Counted from the first letter of the stretch, positions 9,816 to 17,847 are shown. The stretch is 31,325 nucleotides of DNA from a virus (IMGVR_UViG_3300005805_000300:1-31325), one strand, 5' to 3'. Numbers and translations are program-made. The notes: generated by a model not told the origin, from the letters alone.

Positions 9816-9837
9816 ATGGTGTCAAACTTGACACCAT
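9816..9837. promoter_or_regulatory. Perfect 10-bp inverted repeat (operator or hairpin)
   Basis: ATGGTGTCAA-AC-TTGACACCAT, between the ParB-like gene stop and the basic-protein start. Confidence 0.55.
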
Positions 9838-9855
9838 TTAATCAAGTTCTTTTAT

Positions 9856-10416
9856 TTATCTATCTGGGTTTGGGGGAGACTCAAAAAATGATTTAGGTGA
9901 GTCATCTTTACCTGATGGAGCCTCAATTGGAACCCATGCTCGAGCGTAATTGTGTTCTTTTATTTTTCTGACCTTGATCAAACTGCTGTCAAGCATTAGC
10001 GATAATTCATCTGACTTCATGCATAGAAGGTCATCAAAATCTTGATTGGTATATCTTCCCGACCTTCTCATCTCCCTAATAATTCTTGATAATTTAGCTG
10101 CAACGACTACCGACTTGCCTCTATTGAGCTGTACGTGCATCATCATCGCTTCGATTTTGTCGCAATCGTGAAACACTACCGGGATCATCTCTCCATGTAT
10201 TTCTGATATTTTATCAATTTCCATAAATAGGTTGTATCTCTCGGAGCCATCAATTATTTCCCTCGTCTCCCGACGAACATGAAGTGGCTGTATAAAGCCG
10301 TACTGCATCAATGACGATGAAATAACGAAAAGTTCAGGTCGGAGAGTGTATGTTGACTTCCAGTCGGGGACAACTAATTGCCCTCGCTCAACTAATTCAA
10401 TTTTTATATTTTTCAT
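9856..10416 (-). CDS. ParB/Srx-domain protein, IbrB/YbdM-like
   Basis: SLMQYGFIQPLHV...EIIDGSERY...MMMHVQLNRGKS; translationally coupled to the PAPS-reductase-like gene. Confidence 0.8.
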   Translation of the reverse strand: MKNIKIELVERGQLVVPDWKSTYTLRPELFVISSSLMQYGFIQPLHVRRETREIIDGSERYNLFMEIDKISEIHGEMIPVVFHDCDKIEAMMMHVQLNRGKSVVVAAKLSRIIREMRRSGRYTNQDFDDLLCMKSDELSLMLDSSLIKVRKIKEHNYARAWVPIEAPSGKDDSPKSFFESPPNPDR

Positions 10417-11540
10417 AGTTCTATTTCTCTTTCAAGAATCCTGACAGCATTTGCTTTCGTTTTTGGGCCAACTGGCGTTGGTGAGTTCACATCTATTTCG
10501 TTCAGCATCAAGTTACGTATTAACCAGCTAATTGGGTAACCATAGGGGTCCTGAAGATGTTTTTTTCTAAATTTAGAGACATACACACGGGCTTCCATTT
10601 TTCTTCTATCGCCAACAAGATATTCGTCAATGAATTCAGAGGCGCCATCAAAACCCAGACCAGAATATCTTTCTATTAATTTTTCACTATCGAATTCTGG
10701 CCACCATCTTCGCTGCGCATCTATAAATGGAAAACATTCCCAAAGTCTGTCATAAAATTCAGGTTCAGTAGCTATGACGTCCCCTATGCGTCGAATTGCT
10801 GTTGCGTGAAGCGGTATGCCGACCCTAGTGTTGCTCCCGGTCGACATAGCTAGATCGTAATACTCACAATATTCTGCGTTATGCTCTTCAATGATAAATT
10901 TAAAAACATCATTAGTATTCCAGTCGTAAATTACTTTGGCAAATTTAAGTGGAATTCCAGCTTTTAGTTTGTATGGAGTGTTGATGTAGTTTTCGTGCAA
11001 TTTTTGCACAACAGAACGATATCTAACCATAGATTCACTTGCCCTTACCCCGGTCAAAAAAGCAACGTTCCCCTTTTTCCCTTGCATCGTGTAGTAGTCG
11101 GTTTGTTCTGGAAGTGATGTTTCATGAGATAAACCAAAATCATTTGCATTGATGGCAAATTGAGGCATATCTCTAAGCCACCTTTTTTGCTCTCCCCGCT
11201 GTTGACTCCAAAGAACAGTGGTTAGTCGATATCCAAGAACCCATATTTCTGCCGGGTATGGCAAACAATACCACTCCATATCCACCCAATCATAATTTCT
11301 GACTTTCTCTACATACTCAACAACGCTTGGGCTGACCATTTCTTCATCTCTAAATATTACTTTTACCGGGCCAAGATTTCGTTCTTCGTGAATTTCTTTC
11401 GCAAGATACAAAACTGCTGTTGAGTCTTTACCACCAGAAAATTGAACACAGACGGTATCAAACTGATCGTAGACGTGACGTATTCTTTGACGCGCAGCGT
11501 CAACACACGACATATCCAGAAACAGTCTCTGTCTTGTCAC
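10413..11540 (-). CDS. PAPS-reductase-family (PP-loop) protein, IbrA/YbdN-like
   Basis: PP-loop VQFSGGKDS, plus AARQRIRHVYD, FRDEE, TGVRASESMVRY, IYDWNTNDVF. Confidence 0.88.
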   Translation of the reverse strand: MTRQRLFLDMSCVDAARQRIRHVYDQFDTVCVQFSGGKDSTAVLYLAKEIHEERNLGPVKVIFRDEEMVSPSVVEYVEKVRNYDWVDMEWYCLPYPAEIWVLGYRLTTVLWSQQRGEQKRWLRDMPQFAINANDFGLSHETSLPEQTDYYTMQGKKGNVAFLTGVRASESMVRYRSVVQKLHENYINTPYKLKAGIPLKFAKVIYDWNTNDVFKFIIEEHNAEYCEYYDLAMSTGSNTRVGIPLHATAIRRIGDVIATEPEFYDRLWECFPFIDAQRRWWPEFDSEKLIERYSGLGFDGASEFIDEYLVGDRRKMEARVYVSKFRKKHLQDPYGYPISWLIRNLMLNEIDVNSPTPVGPKTKANAVRILEREIEL

Positions 11541-12364
11541 GGGGTGTGTTCTGAAATAAAAGATATTAATTTTTCCGCAACAGTATCGCCTTCAAGGCCT
11601 GCATCGGAACGTAACCATTTAATAAATGCGTACCATTCGGCTTGCTGTTGGGTGTTGTCAAAGACAATTGTGTACTGAACAACTGCTTGCGGAGCGGAGC
11701 GTGGAGAAACAGTTGTAGACCCCCTTACAACTGCATCATTTTGATCCATTTCTGGACGAATATTTATTCGTTGATTTCCCTCTTTGTCTTTGGTTATAGA
11801 CACCGTATTCATGTCTAGGGAGGTGTTCTTTGGTTTTTCGTCTTCCTCTTCTTCCTCTTCTTCCTCTTCTTCTTGATCTCTAATTATCACCGGGGGAACA
11901 TAGGAGCCAGAACTAACAACTTGATATTCATCTCTTATTGCAGATTGTTCAAGTTCAGCTAATTCAAACTCGTCCCAACCCAAACTGTCTATGAGTTCTG
12001 GATACTCCTCATGGATCTCCATAATAAATTCGCTAAGCATCTCTGGCTCTGTGTATCCAAGCTCCATGGTTCTGTTGTCAGCTATAGCAAACGCAATCGC
12101 TTTCTTGTTGTCTACGTCATAACTTACGGCGGCTATTTTGTCCCAACCAAGCTGCTTTGCCGCTTCAAGTTGATGATTTCCGGCAATAACCGTAGATGTT
12201 CCGTCGTCGTTAGGTCTTACGACTATTGGCTTGATTTGTCCAAACTCCTGATACGAAGCGATGATTGATTGCACATTGCCTTTTCTTGGATTCCCCTCTA
12301 GGGGGACAAGGGTGTTTACATCGACCGCAAGTTGTCTTAGTGATTCATGTATTTTGTCTGTCAT
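11537..12364 (-). CDS. ParB/Srx N-terminal domain protein with poly-Glu linker
   Basis: LVPLEGNPRKG...FGQIKPIVV...VIAGNHQLEAAKQLGW...AIADNRTMELG; internal QEEEEEEEEEEDE tract. Confidence 0.85.
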   Translation of the reverse strand: MTDKIHESLRQLAVDVNTLVPLEGNPRKGNVQSIIASYQEFGQIKPIVVRPNDDGTSTVIAGNHQLEAAKQLGWDKIAAVSYDVDNKKAIAFAIADNRTMELGYTEPEMLSEFIMEIHEEYPELIDSLGWDEFELAELEQSAIRDEYQVVSSGSYVPPVIIRDQEEEEEEEEEEDEKPKNTSLDMNTVSITKDKEGNQRINIRPEMDQNDAVVRGSTTVSPRSAPQAVVQYTIVFDNTQQQAEWYAFIKWLRSDAGLEGDTVAEKLISFISEHTP

Positions 12365-12366
12365 TT

Positions 12367-12702
12367 CTATACCTGCACCCTTACGTTTGCGTTAAGTGTC
12401 CGCATAGCATCTATCGATGTTCGTAGCGACAACAGAAGTTCGCGTTTTGTTTTTACTAAAGCTTCAGCACACTTGTGGTCGAAGTTTTGTTCATCCATTT
12501 TGTAATCGGCCCAAGCTTCTCGTTCTTTTATCGAACCTTTTGCTGATAGGTATTCTCGAGCCCAAGTAGATTTGTATAGCGCTTCTTTTTTTGCTGAGTC
12601 CATAGCTAGCGTTTCAAATTTTTCAGTTTCAATCTCAAGTCGGTCAAGAAGTCTGAGCAACTCTTGTTCTATGTCTACTTGACTAATTGGTGATGTTCTC
12701 AT
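12367..12702 (-). CDS. Helical hypothetical protein (possibly UvsY-like recombination mediator)
   Basis: 111 aa, coiled-coil character, overlaps the RuvC-like gene. Function inferred from size and context only. Confidence 0.45.
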   Translation of the reverse strand: MRTSPISQVDIEQELLRLLDRLEIETEKFETLAMDSAKKEALYKSTWAREYLSAKGSIKEREAWADYKMDEQNFDHKCAEALVKTKRELLLSLRTSIDAMRTLNANVRVQV

Positions 12703-13237
12703 TGTTTGATTCCTTTTTGTTTAGTGGTGTCCAATCTACTTTAGTTAGCGCATCAAGGTTTTGTGTAGGCCAATTATGTCTTTGTTTACCCAAATGAACA
12801 AGTCCCATTTCCTGCAATATCCAGGCGTCACATTTGTCGTCGGCCCCTGGATTGGACCAAATCTTTCCTGTCCTAGCAGATATCGCTGAAAGAACCTCAA
12901 GCTTTGAAGCATTGCCTTTACCCGTTGCAAATTTAGCCCTACATGTTGGTGGAACAATAACGCACGGAACCCCTATTTGCCAAAATAATAGTTTAACTAC
13001 CCCGCCCAATTCACCAATGGAAAAAGCTTGGCCACTACGGGACGCGAATGAGTAGCCCTCAAGAATTACTGCTTTCACATCAAGACTATTAATTAATCTT
13101 TCGATTTCTTGTTTTATTAAAAACAGCCTTTCCAATCCGGTCGCATCAAAAGACACTGTCCCGGTTTGTTCCCCGTACGAATACCCAGTAGAGGTTAACG
13201 AAAGATCGAGACCCAAAACGTCATTTATCACTGACAC
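12683..13237 (-). CDS. ruvC: RuvC-like Holliday junction resolvase
   Basis: VLGLDLSLTSTG, VILEGYS, IGELGGVVK, PPT..KFATGKGNASK, DDKCDA: the RuvC catalytic acidic residues. Confidence 0.88.
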   Translation of the reverse strand: MSVINDVLGLDLSLTSTGYSYGEQTGTVSFDATGLERLFLIKQEIERLINSLDVKAVILEGYSFASRSGQAFSIGELGGVVKLLFWQIGVPCVIVPPTCRAKFATGKGNASKLEVLSAISARTGKIWSNPGADDKCDAWILQEMGLVHLGKQRHNWPTQNLDALTKVDWTPLNKKESNNENITN

Positions 13238-13247
13238 ATACTAACCT

Positions 13248-13288
13248 AAAAGCAAAAACCCACCGAACATCTAGCTAGTCCGGTGGGT
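13248..13288 (-). terminator. Intrinsic terminator
   Basis: 11-bp stem ACCCACCGGAC/GUUCGGUGGGU running into a U-rich tail (UUUUGCUUUU). Confidence 0.8.
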
Positions 13289-13390
13289 GTTATTCAAAGC
13301 AGTGGTGGCTGCAATGAATACTTGCCGTGGTTAAACCACTCGATTCTTGGACCACCGCCTTTCTTCCGTGAAGGGTAGATATGGCTAGAC
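13248..13390 (-). ncRNA. Putative structured small RNA (~140 nt) with an extended complement to the 16S rRNA 3' end
   Basis: TGa-TAATCT -10 at 13405-13397; AGAAAGGCGGTGGTCCA at 13364-13348; internal stems; intrinsic terminator at 13288-13248. Confidence 0.6.
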
Positions 13391-13452
13391 GCAACAAGAT
13401 TATCATTTGAGTTAATAGGCAATAAGTGAAGAGCTTTTAAATAATATTATTT

Positions 13453-13502
13453 AAAAACAAACACGCAAAAGCCGAGTGAGTCCCCTCACCCGACTTTCGC
13501 GC
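13453..13502 (-). terminator. Intrinsic terminator hairpin
   Basis: GCGCGAAAGUCGGGUGAG-GGGA-CUCACUCGGCUUUUGCGU followed by GUUUGUUUUU. Confidence 0.8.
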
Positions 13503-13519
13503 CTATAACGGTCCTAAGT
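13453..13519 (-). ncRNA. Putative ~67-nt small RNA antisense to 23S rRNA helix 69
   Basis: -10 TAATCT at 13531-13526; single-stranded 5' leader ACUUAGGACCGUUAUAG; 18-bp stem with four G-U pairs and a GGGA (GNRA) loop; U-tract. Confidence 0.65.
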
Positions 13520-13577
13520 GCTACCAGATTACACCCGCAATAAATAGTGAAAGTGTTAACTATAAAACTATTAAAAA

Positions 13578-13922
13578 TTATTTTTCCCAACCATGTTTTG
13601 CAAGACCTAAATCAAAAGCGAGTTGTGGGTAATGACCAATCCTTACGTGACACGGCCTGCAGACAGCAAGAACATTTTCTTCATCAATAATTGAACCACC
13701 CTGTGAACGACGAACTATTTCGTGAACATCTCTGCTTAGGTGTTGGTTGTATGTTGCTTTTTTATCATGTGCGGCAAAAATTTTACAGGCCTGGCACATT
13801 GGTCTCTCTTTGAGTATTTTTTCTACGAATTTGCGACGCTCAACATATAGCTCTTCTGTTTTTTTGCTTCGTTTTTTTGGTAAGCCGCTTCGCTTTATTG
13901 GTTTATTTCTTCGAATCATCAC
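13578..13922 (-). CDS. HNH endonuclease
   Basis: CQAC...DVHEIVRRSQGGS...ENVLAVCRPCH: zinc-binding HNH motif with a basic N-terminus. Confidence 0.88.
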   Translation of the reverse strand: MMIRRNKPIKRSGLPKKRSKKTEELYVERRKFVEKILKERPMCQACKIFAAHDKKATYNQHLSRDVHEIVRRSQGGSIIDEENVLAVCRPCHVRIGHYPQLAFDLGLAKHGWEK

Positions 13923-13951
13923 GGCACCCTTCGTGCCCCCTTGGGGCTACA

Positions 13952-14461
13952 TCACAACGAATCAACGTCGATGTTGTCAAACGTCCATTTGTTATCAAGA
14001 GTATCCCACAACGAACGGTCCACCGCTGTATCTTCTAGGTCAAATTCACGAAGCATTGAGCGATGCGTGGCGATGGCGCGCTTAAAAAAATCAACCTGCT
14101 CCCATCCATCGTTTTGCAGCTCCTGCCCTGTTGTGATCATTATCGCAACTTCATCAAGCCGTCTATCAACATGAAATTTAAATCTCTTAATTCTTGTCGC
14201 TTTTGTTTCGTAATAAGAACCAGCTTCCTTGGTGAGCCTTGTGCCTGCCCTCCCGAGGGCGCTATACCTTGCAAGGTCCGACTCGGAGTCTGTCTCTATG
14301 TCTTCAATTTGGCGTTTTAGGTTGTCCGAAAGAGCAAGTAATGCATCTTTCCATTTTTCCCAGTTTTCACGTTTCATTAATTCTTTTTTATGTAGGGGTG
14401 AAAGTTTATTTTTGACCTCTTCAGCCACCATGCGCGCAAAAGCATCTTCATTAAGCATCAT
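13952..14461 (-). CDS. Hypothetical helical protein
   Basis: 169 aa, SD AGGAG upstream, tightly packed in the operon. Confidence 0.75.
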   Translation of the reverse strand: MMLNEDAFARMVAEEVKNKLSPLHKKELMKRENWEKWKDALLALSDNLKRQIEDIETDSESDLARYSALGRAGTRLTKEAGSYYETKATRIKRFKFHVDRRLDEVAIMITTGQELQNDGWEQVDFFKRAIATHRSMLREFDLEDTAVDRSLWDTLDNKWTFDNIDVDSL

Positions 14462-14471
14462 TTATTTCTCC

Positions 14472-15263
14472 TTATTTCCAGGCTGGACAAAAAGACTTGT
14501 ATCCACACCATCCGCACAGAACGGATTTGCGTGCCTCAAAGTGTCCAGACGTACAGCGTTCATCAATCATAGATTTTGTTTCTTGAATTTTTTCTACAAC
14601 TTTATTTACATCTGCTGTCGTTATTTGCATTTCAAATTTCACTCCGTCTTTGAGATACAGAAGTTCCGCAGATGCCCCAGCAGAATCAACCCCGATACTT
14701 GATAGGAGTTGAGAATAAATAATTAATTGAAAAAATCTATCCTCAATATCGTTTTTTCTTGGAGTCTTGCCAGTTTTGTAATCACTAATTTTTGCGGACC
14801 CAGTAGATTCATTTTGAGTTAATCTATCGATAAACCCACGAATTTTTACTCCACCGATTCCGCCGCTAACAAACGACTCAAGGCTGTGCGGTTTAACCAA
14901 CCGAGGGTCCTCGAGCATCCAAAGATTTTCAACACACCACCAAGCTGACCATCTAAAAAGTTTAAGTTCTTTTTCTGTGGTTACGACTTCCTGAACCTGA
15001 ACTTCCCATTTACTGCTCCACTGTTCTTTTGCAATAAGTTTTGCTTGCTCTTGTGTTCTGAACTCTGGAGGAAGTTTGTACATCTCTTCAAGAATGTCAT
15101 GCACAAAATTCCCCAACAAAGCTTCTTTGCCGCTTGGGTCCTTGATGTTGTCAATTTTGCTGTATTTAAACTTCAAAGGACATTGATTAAATGTTGAAAT
15201 AGAAGACGGAGAAAGGAACTCTGGCGCCTTTAGGGGCTGGTCTTGATTATTTGGTTTCGGCAT
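14472..15263 (-). CDS. PD-(D/E)XK RecB/Cas4-like exonuclease with Fe-S cysteines
   Basis: LSPSSISTFNQCPLKF, LGNFVHDILE, RGFIDRL, ISDYKTGK, QLIIYS, CGWCGYKSFC. ATG at 15263 preferred to the track's 15299 because it reduces overlap. Confidence 0.9.
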   Translation of the reverse strand: MPKPNNQDQPLKAPEFLSPSSISTFNQCPLKFKYSKIDNIKDPSGKEALLGNFVHDILEEMYKLPPEFRTQEQAKLIAKEQWSSKWEVQVQEVVTTEKELKLFRWSAWWCVENLWMLEDPRLVKPHSLESFVSGGIGGVKIRGFIDRLTQNESTGSAKISDYKTGKTPRKNDIEDRFFQLIIYSQLLSSIGVDSAGASAELLYLKDGVKFEMQITTADVNKVVEKIQETKSMIDERCTSGHFEARKSVLCGWCGYKSFCPAWK

Positions 15264-15954
15264 ATTTGCCACCAAACTGAATACGCAGAGCTTCAACAAT
15301 TAATGCCTGCAATTCGTCCAGTGTCGCCGTTGTTTTTGTCGGCTTTGGCTTTCCTTCGCTATGGGTTTCCCAAAAATTATTAAGTTCCGTTTTTTGTTCT
15401 TTACTTAATCCCTTTGTGATATCAACAAATGACTCCCATTTTTCTTCAAGTTCTGTTTTGGGCGCGACCGCTGCTGCCTCTTGTTGCATTTGAGACCCAG
15501 CGCCAGAAGCTATGGCCTCCTCCACATCAATAGCATCTGCCGAGCGCGACAAGTAAAGCCCAACGCCAAGTTGTTGAGCTGCTTTTTTGAGCGCATCAGA
15601 AACTGCCATTTTTCTTGAGTTTCCATAATCAAGAGGTTTGCCGGTGGATTTAATTCTTTTAATTGTTGCGCCACCAACAGCGTGTTTAATAACTCGCTTG
15701 CCATTCCCAAAATCAACCGTCAGACTAACGTGCGCACTAAGTTCGTCAACGTTCGTTGATACTTCATCACAGCTAATAATTTCAAACGACCAACCATCTA
15801 CTCCGAGAACTTTGTTCAAACGATTAATTACTTCGCTCACTGGAATAAATTTCAAATTAGTTCCAGAAAGCGTCATGATTTTTTCCATCTCCTCTGGAAA
15901 TGGTGCATACAGCGCTTGCATTACATTTTGCTCATTGTTTGTTTGTTGATCCAT
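15247..15954 (-). CDS. Rad52/Sak-family single-strand annealing protein
   Basis: FIPVSEVINRLNKVLGVDGWSFEI...KMAVSDALKKAAQQLGVGLYL; paired with the exonuclease in a Red-like arrangement. Confidence 0.88.
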   Translation of the reverse strand: MDQQTNNEQNVMQALYAPFPEEMEKIMTLSGTNLKFIPVSEVINRLNKVLGVDGWSFEIISCDEVSTNVDELSAHVSLTVDFGNGKRVIKHAVGGATIKRIKSTGKPLDYGNSRKMAVSDALKKAAQQLGVGLYLSRSADAIDVEEAIASGAGSQMQQEAAAVAPKTELEEKWESFVDITKGLSKEQKTELNNFWETHSEGKPKPTKTTATLDELQALIVEALRIQFGGKYAETK

Positions 15955-16001
15955 ACTTAATTGCTCCTTTTTCTAATGATTATTTTGATTGTTTGTTGTA
16001 G

Positions 16002-16496
16002 TTATTGTTTTGGCTTGCGAACAATAATGCTTGTTTTTAGGTCCCCAACTTCACAGTAGTTGTCGGGATTAATTCCTATTTTATTCAACTCTTTTACCCT
16101 CCAATAAGATGGAGCACAATAGATAAGCATGTCCATTGCGATTTCTTGTGGAGATTTGGTGACCTCTCCGGTGTCCATGTCGACGGCCATTTTGGTTAGT
16201 TTGTCAGCGACCGCAGAACCAATGTCCTTATGTTTCCATCCCTTGCGTTCATAGGATGAAGTCTTTTCAATTTTCACGCCGTTTGAAAGATTGACTTCCT
16301 GTTCGTCGCCAATAATTTTTCCCATTGAAAAAGAAAACGAATCATAAGCAGTCGTTAGGTCGCGCTTAAGAAAATTTAATTCAGCAAGCAATTCACATGC
16401 TTCGATTAAGTCGGGAGAAGAATCTGCGTACTCCATTAATTCAGAATCAAGCTCAGCTATGAGCGTTCTAATAAGGCCTAATTTTTCATTGTTCAT
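16002..16496 (-). CDS. Hypothetical protein
   Basis: 164-aa ORF co-oriented with neighbours; no family recognised. Confidence 0.7.
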   Translation of the reverse strand: MNNEKLGLIRTLIAELDSELMEYADSSPDLIEACELLAELNFLKRDLTTAYDSFSFSMGKIIGDEQEVNLSNGVKIEKTSSYERKGWKHKDIGSAVADKLTKMAVDMDTGEVTKSPQEIAMDMLIYCAPSYWRVKELNKIGINPDNYCEVGDLKTSIIVRKPKQ

Positions 16497-16533
16497 TTTA
16501 GTTAATATCCTTGTGGTAGGTGTTGGTCTATCT

Positions 16534-17847
16534 CTACAGCAGTATAGAAACTTTTCTTCGCTGTGGCAACCCCAAGCCAGTTAAAAATGTAAAAGCCCCA
16601 ACAGCTGAGTCAATTTGGTCGTCATGGTCACAGGACTCAGGGAACGATGAAAATTCATCAAGCCAGATAGAGAGCCATGGTGCTCGAACAATCCTGACAT
16701 TCCCGTTGGCTACGGCGGCAGCAAACGGCCTTGCTCTAGTTTCCTTATCTCCTGTCGACCTAATTGCGGAAAAGTCATACCCCGAAAGCACGTACCTGGC
16801 ATACTGATCAACCAGAGCCTTGCCAGACGAACCAGGTTCTTGTTCCATCCGAATGGCCACCCCGTGACCGTCTTCGTTGGCTGTTTGTGCTAATAATTGC
16901 TCAACCTTCGACCCTTTAACACGAGCTCTTTTAACATCGAGAACATAGGACACCCCTTCATCTAATAGCATTAGGGTACCTACGGTCCAGTCTGGGTCGG
17001 GATTCGATGAAGTTGGCTCAGACGCTGCAAGGTCCCAAAACCTAACAACCCTGGCAGAGCTGGTTATTTTGGGTAGTTCATTCGAGTCAATAATGACAAA
17101 AGAGGTTCTGTCGAAAAGTGTTCCTAAAGTCGTGCTCCACCAGTCACCTTCTTCTAGTCGTCTTCTTTCAATTGGGTCAAGTGCCTGAAGCGCTTGACGA
17201 TAAGAAACCGCATCAATGCCTGGGTTGTCAGTCAGTTTTGACGGAACAAAAATTCGCCCTTCATTCCTTCCCTCAATTATAAATCTTTGCCTAACCCAGT
17301 TTGGGGCCGGGTTAGATGCGCACCTCATTCGTAGGGGAATTTGTGATACCGGGCCACTAGCTGGTCGGCGCAATCGAGAAAATAGATATCTATAGTCAGA
17401 CTCTCTAATTTCAGTAACTTCATCCATGCCTATAAATTGAAATTCCGAACCCTTATAACGCAAGTAATCATTGACATTGTTTAGGTAGCCGAACGAAATT
17501 CTCGCCCCAGAAGGGAACGTTGCAATAAAGGTATTACTATTCCAGTGAATGTCGTCGTAGTTGGACATCCACGATTTAAAACGATCCATAAGAGCTCCAG
17601 GCAGCGATAGGTCAGCAAATGTTCTACGAAAAAGAATTGCCGAATACCCAGGAATGTCGACATATTGGAGAGCGGCCATTAATAAAGCCGAAGATTTACC
17701 TCCACCAGCCGCCCCTCCGAAAAGGGCCTCAAGAGCATGCGTACGTAAAAAGACTTTTTGATTCAATGAAGGCTCTTCGGGGCAAAAAGGGGTATTTTTG
17801 GGCGTCAAATATTTGAGCACCTCTTCCCAATTCGGTTTATTGGCCAT
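16534..17847 (-). CDS. terL: Terminase large subunit
   Basis: Walker A EALFGGAAGGGKS, Walker B FIGMDE, motif III ASNP, nuclease RFWDLAAS...HDDQIDS. Confidence 0.95.
   Translation of the reverse strand: MANKPNWEEVLKYLTPKNTPFCPEEPSLNQKVFLRTHALEALFGGAAGGGKSSALLMAALQYVDIPGYSAILFRRTFADLSLPGALMDRFKSWMSNYDDIHWNSNTFIATFPSGARISFGYLNNVNDYLRYKGSEFQFIGMDEVTEIRESDYRYLFSRLRRPASGPVSQIPLRMRCASNPAPNWVRQRFIIEGRNEGRIFVPSKLTDNPGIDAVSYRQALQALDPIERRRLEEGDWWSTTLGTLFDRTSFVIIDSNELPKITSSARVVRFWDLAASEPTSSNPDPDWTVGTLMLLDEGVSYVLDVKRARVKGSKVEQLLAQTANEDGHGVAIRMEQEPGSSGKALVDQYARYVLSGYDFSAIRSTGDKETRARPFAAAVANGNVRIVRAPWLSIWLDEFSSFPESCDHDDQIDSAVGAFTFLTGLGLPQRRKVSILL

Noticed and set aside
13290-13355. 21-aa ORF (VVQESSGLTTASIHCSHHCFE) inside the second sRNA
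   Set aside because: Its GTG lies within the SD-like tract, so spacing is too short for normal initiation. Not formally excluded.
13368-13382. Resemblance of GTGAAGGGTAGATAT to 16S GTGAAATGCGTAGATAT (~690 region)
   Set aside because: Needs gaps and only 8 nt are contiguous; too weak to claim.
13503-13518. rRNA gene fragment or complete I-CeuI site
   Set aside because: Identity stops at 16 nt and the flanks (TAA before, GTAGCGAA after) are missing, so it is not an rRNA gene or full homing site. Kept as an antisense element instead.
14472-15263. Cas4 / CRISPR system
   Set aside because: No repeat-spacer array or other cas genes in the window; pairing with Rad52/Sak indicates a recombination exonuclease.
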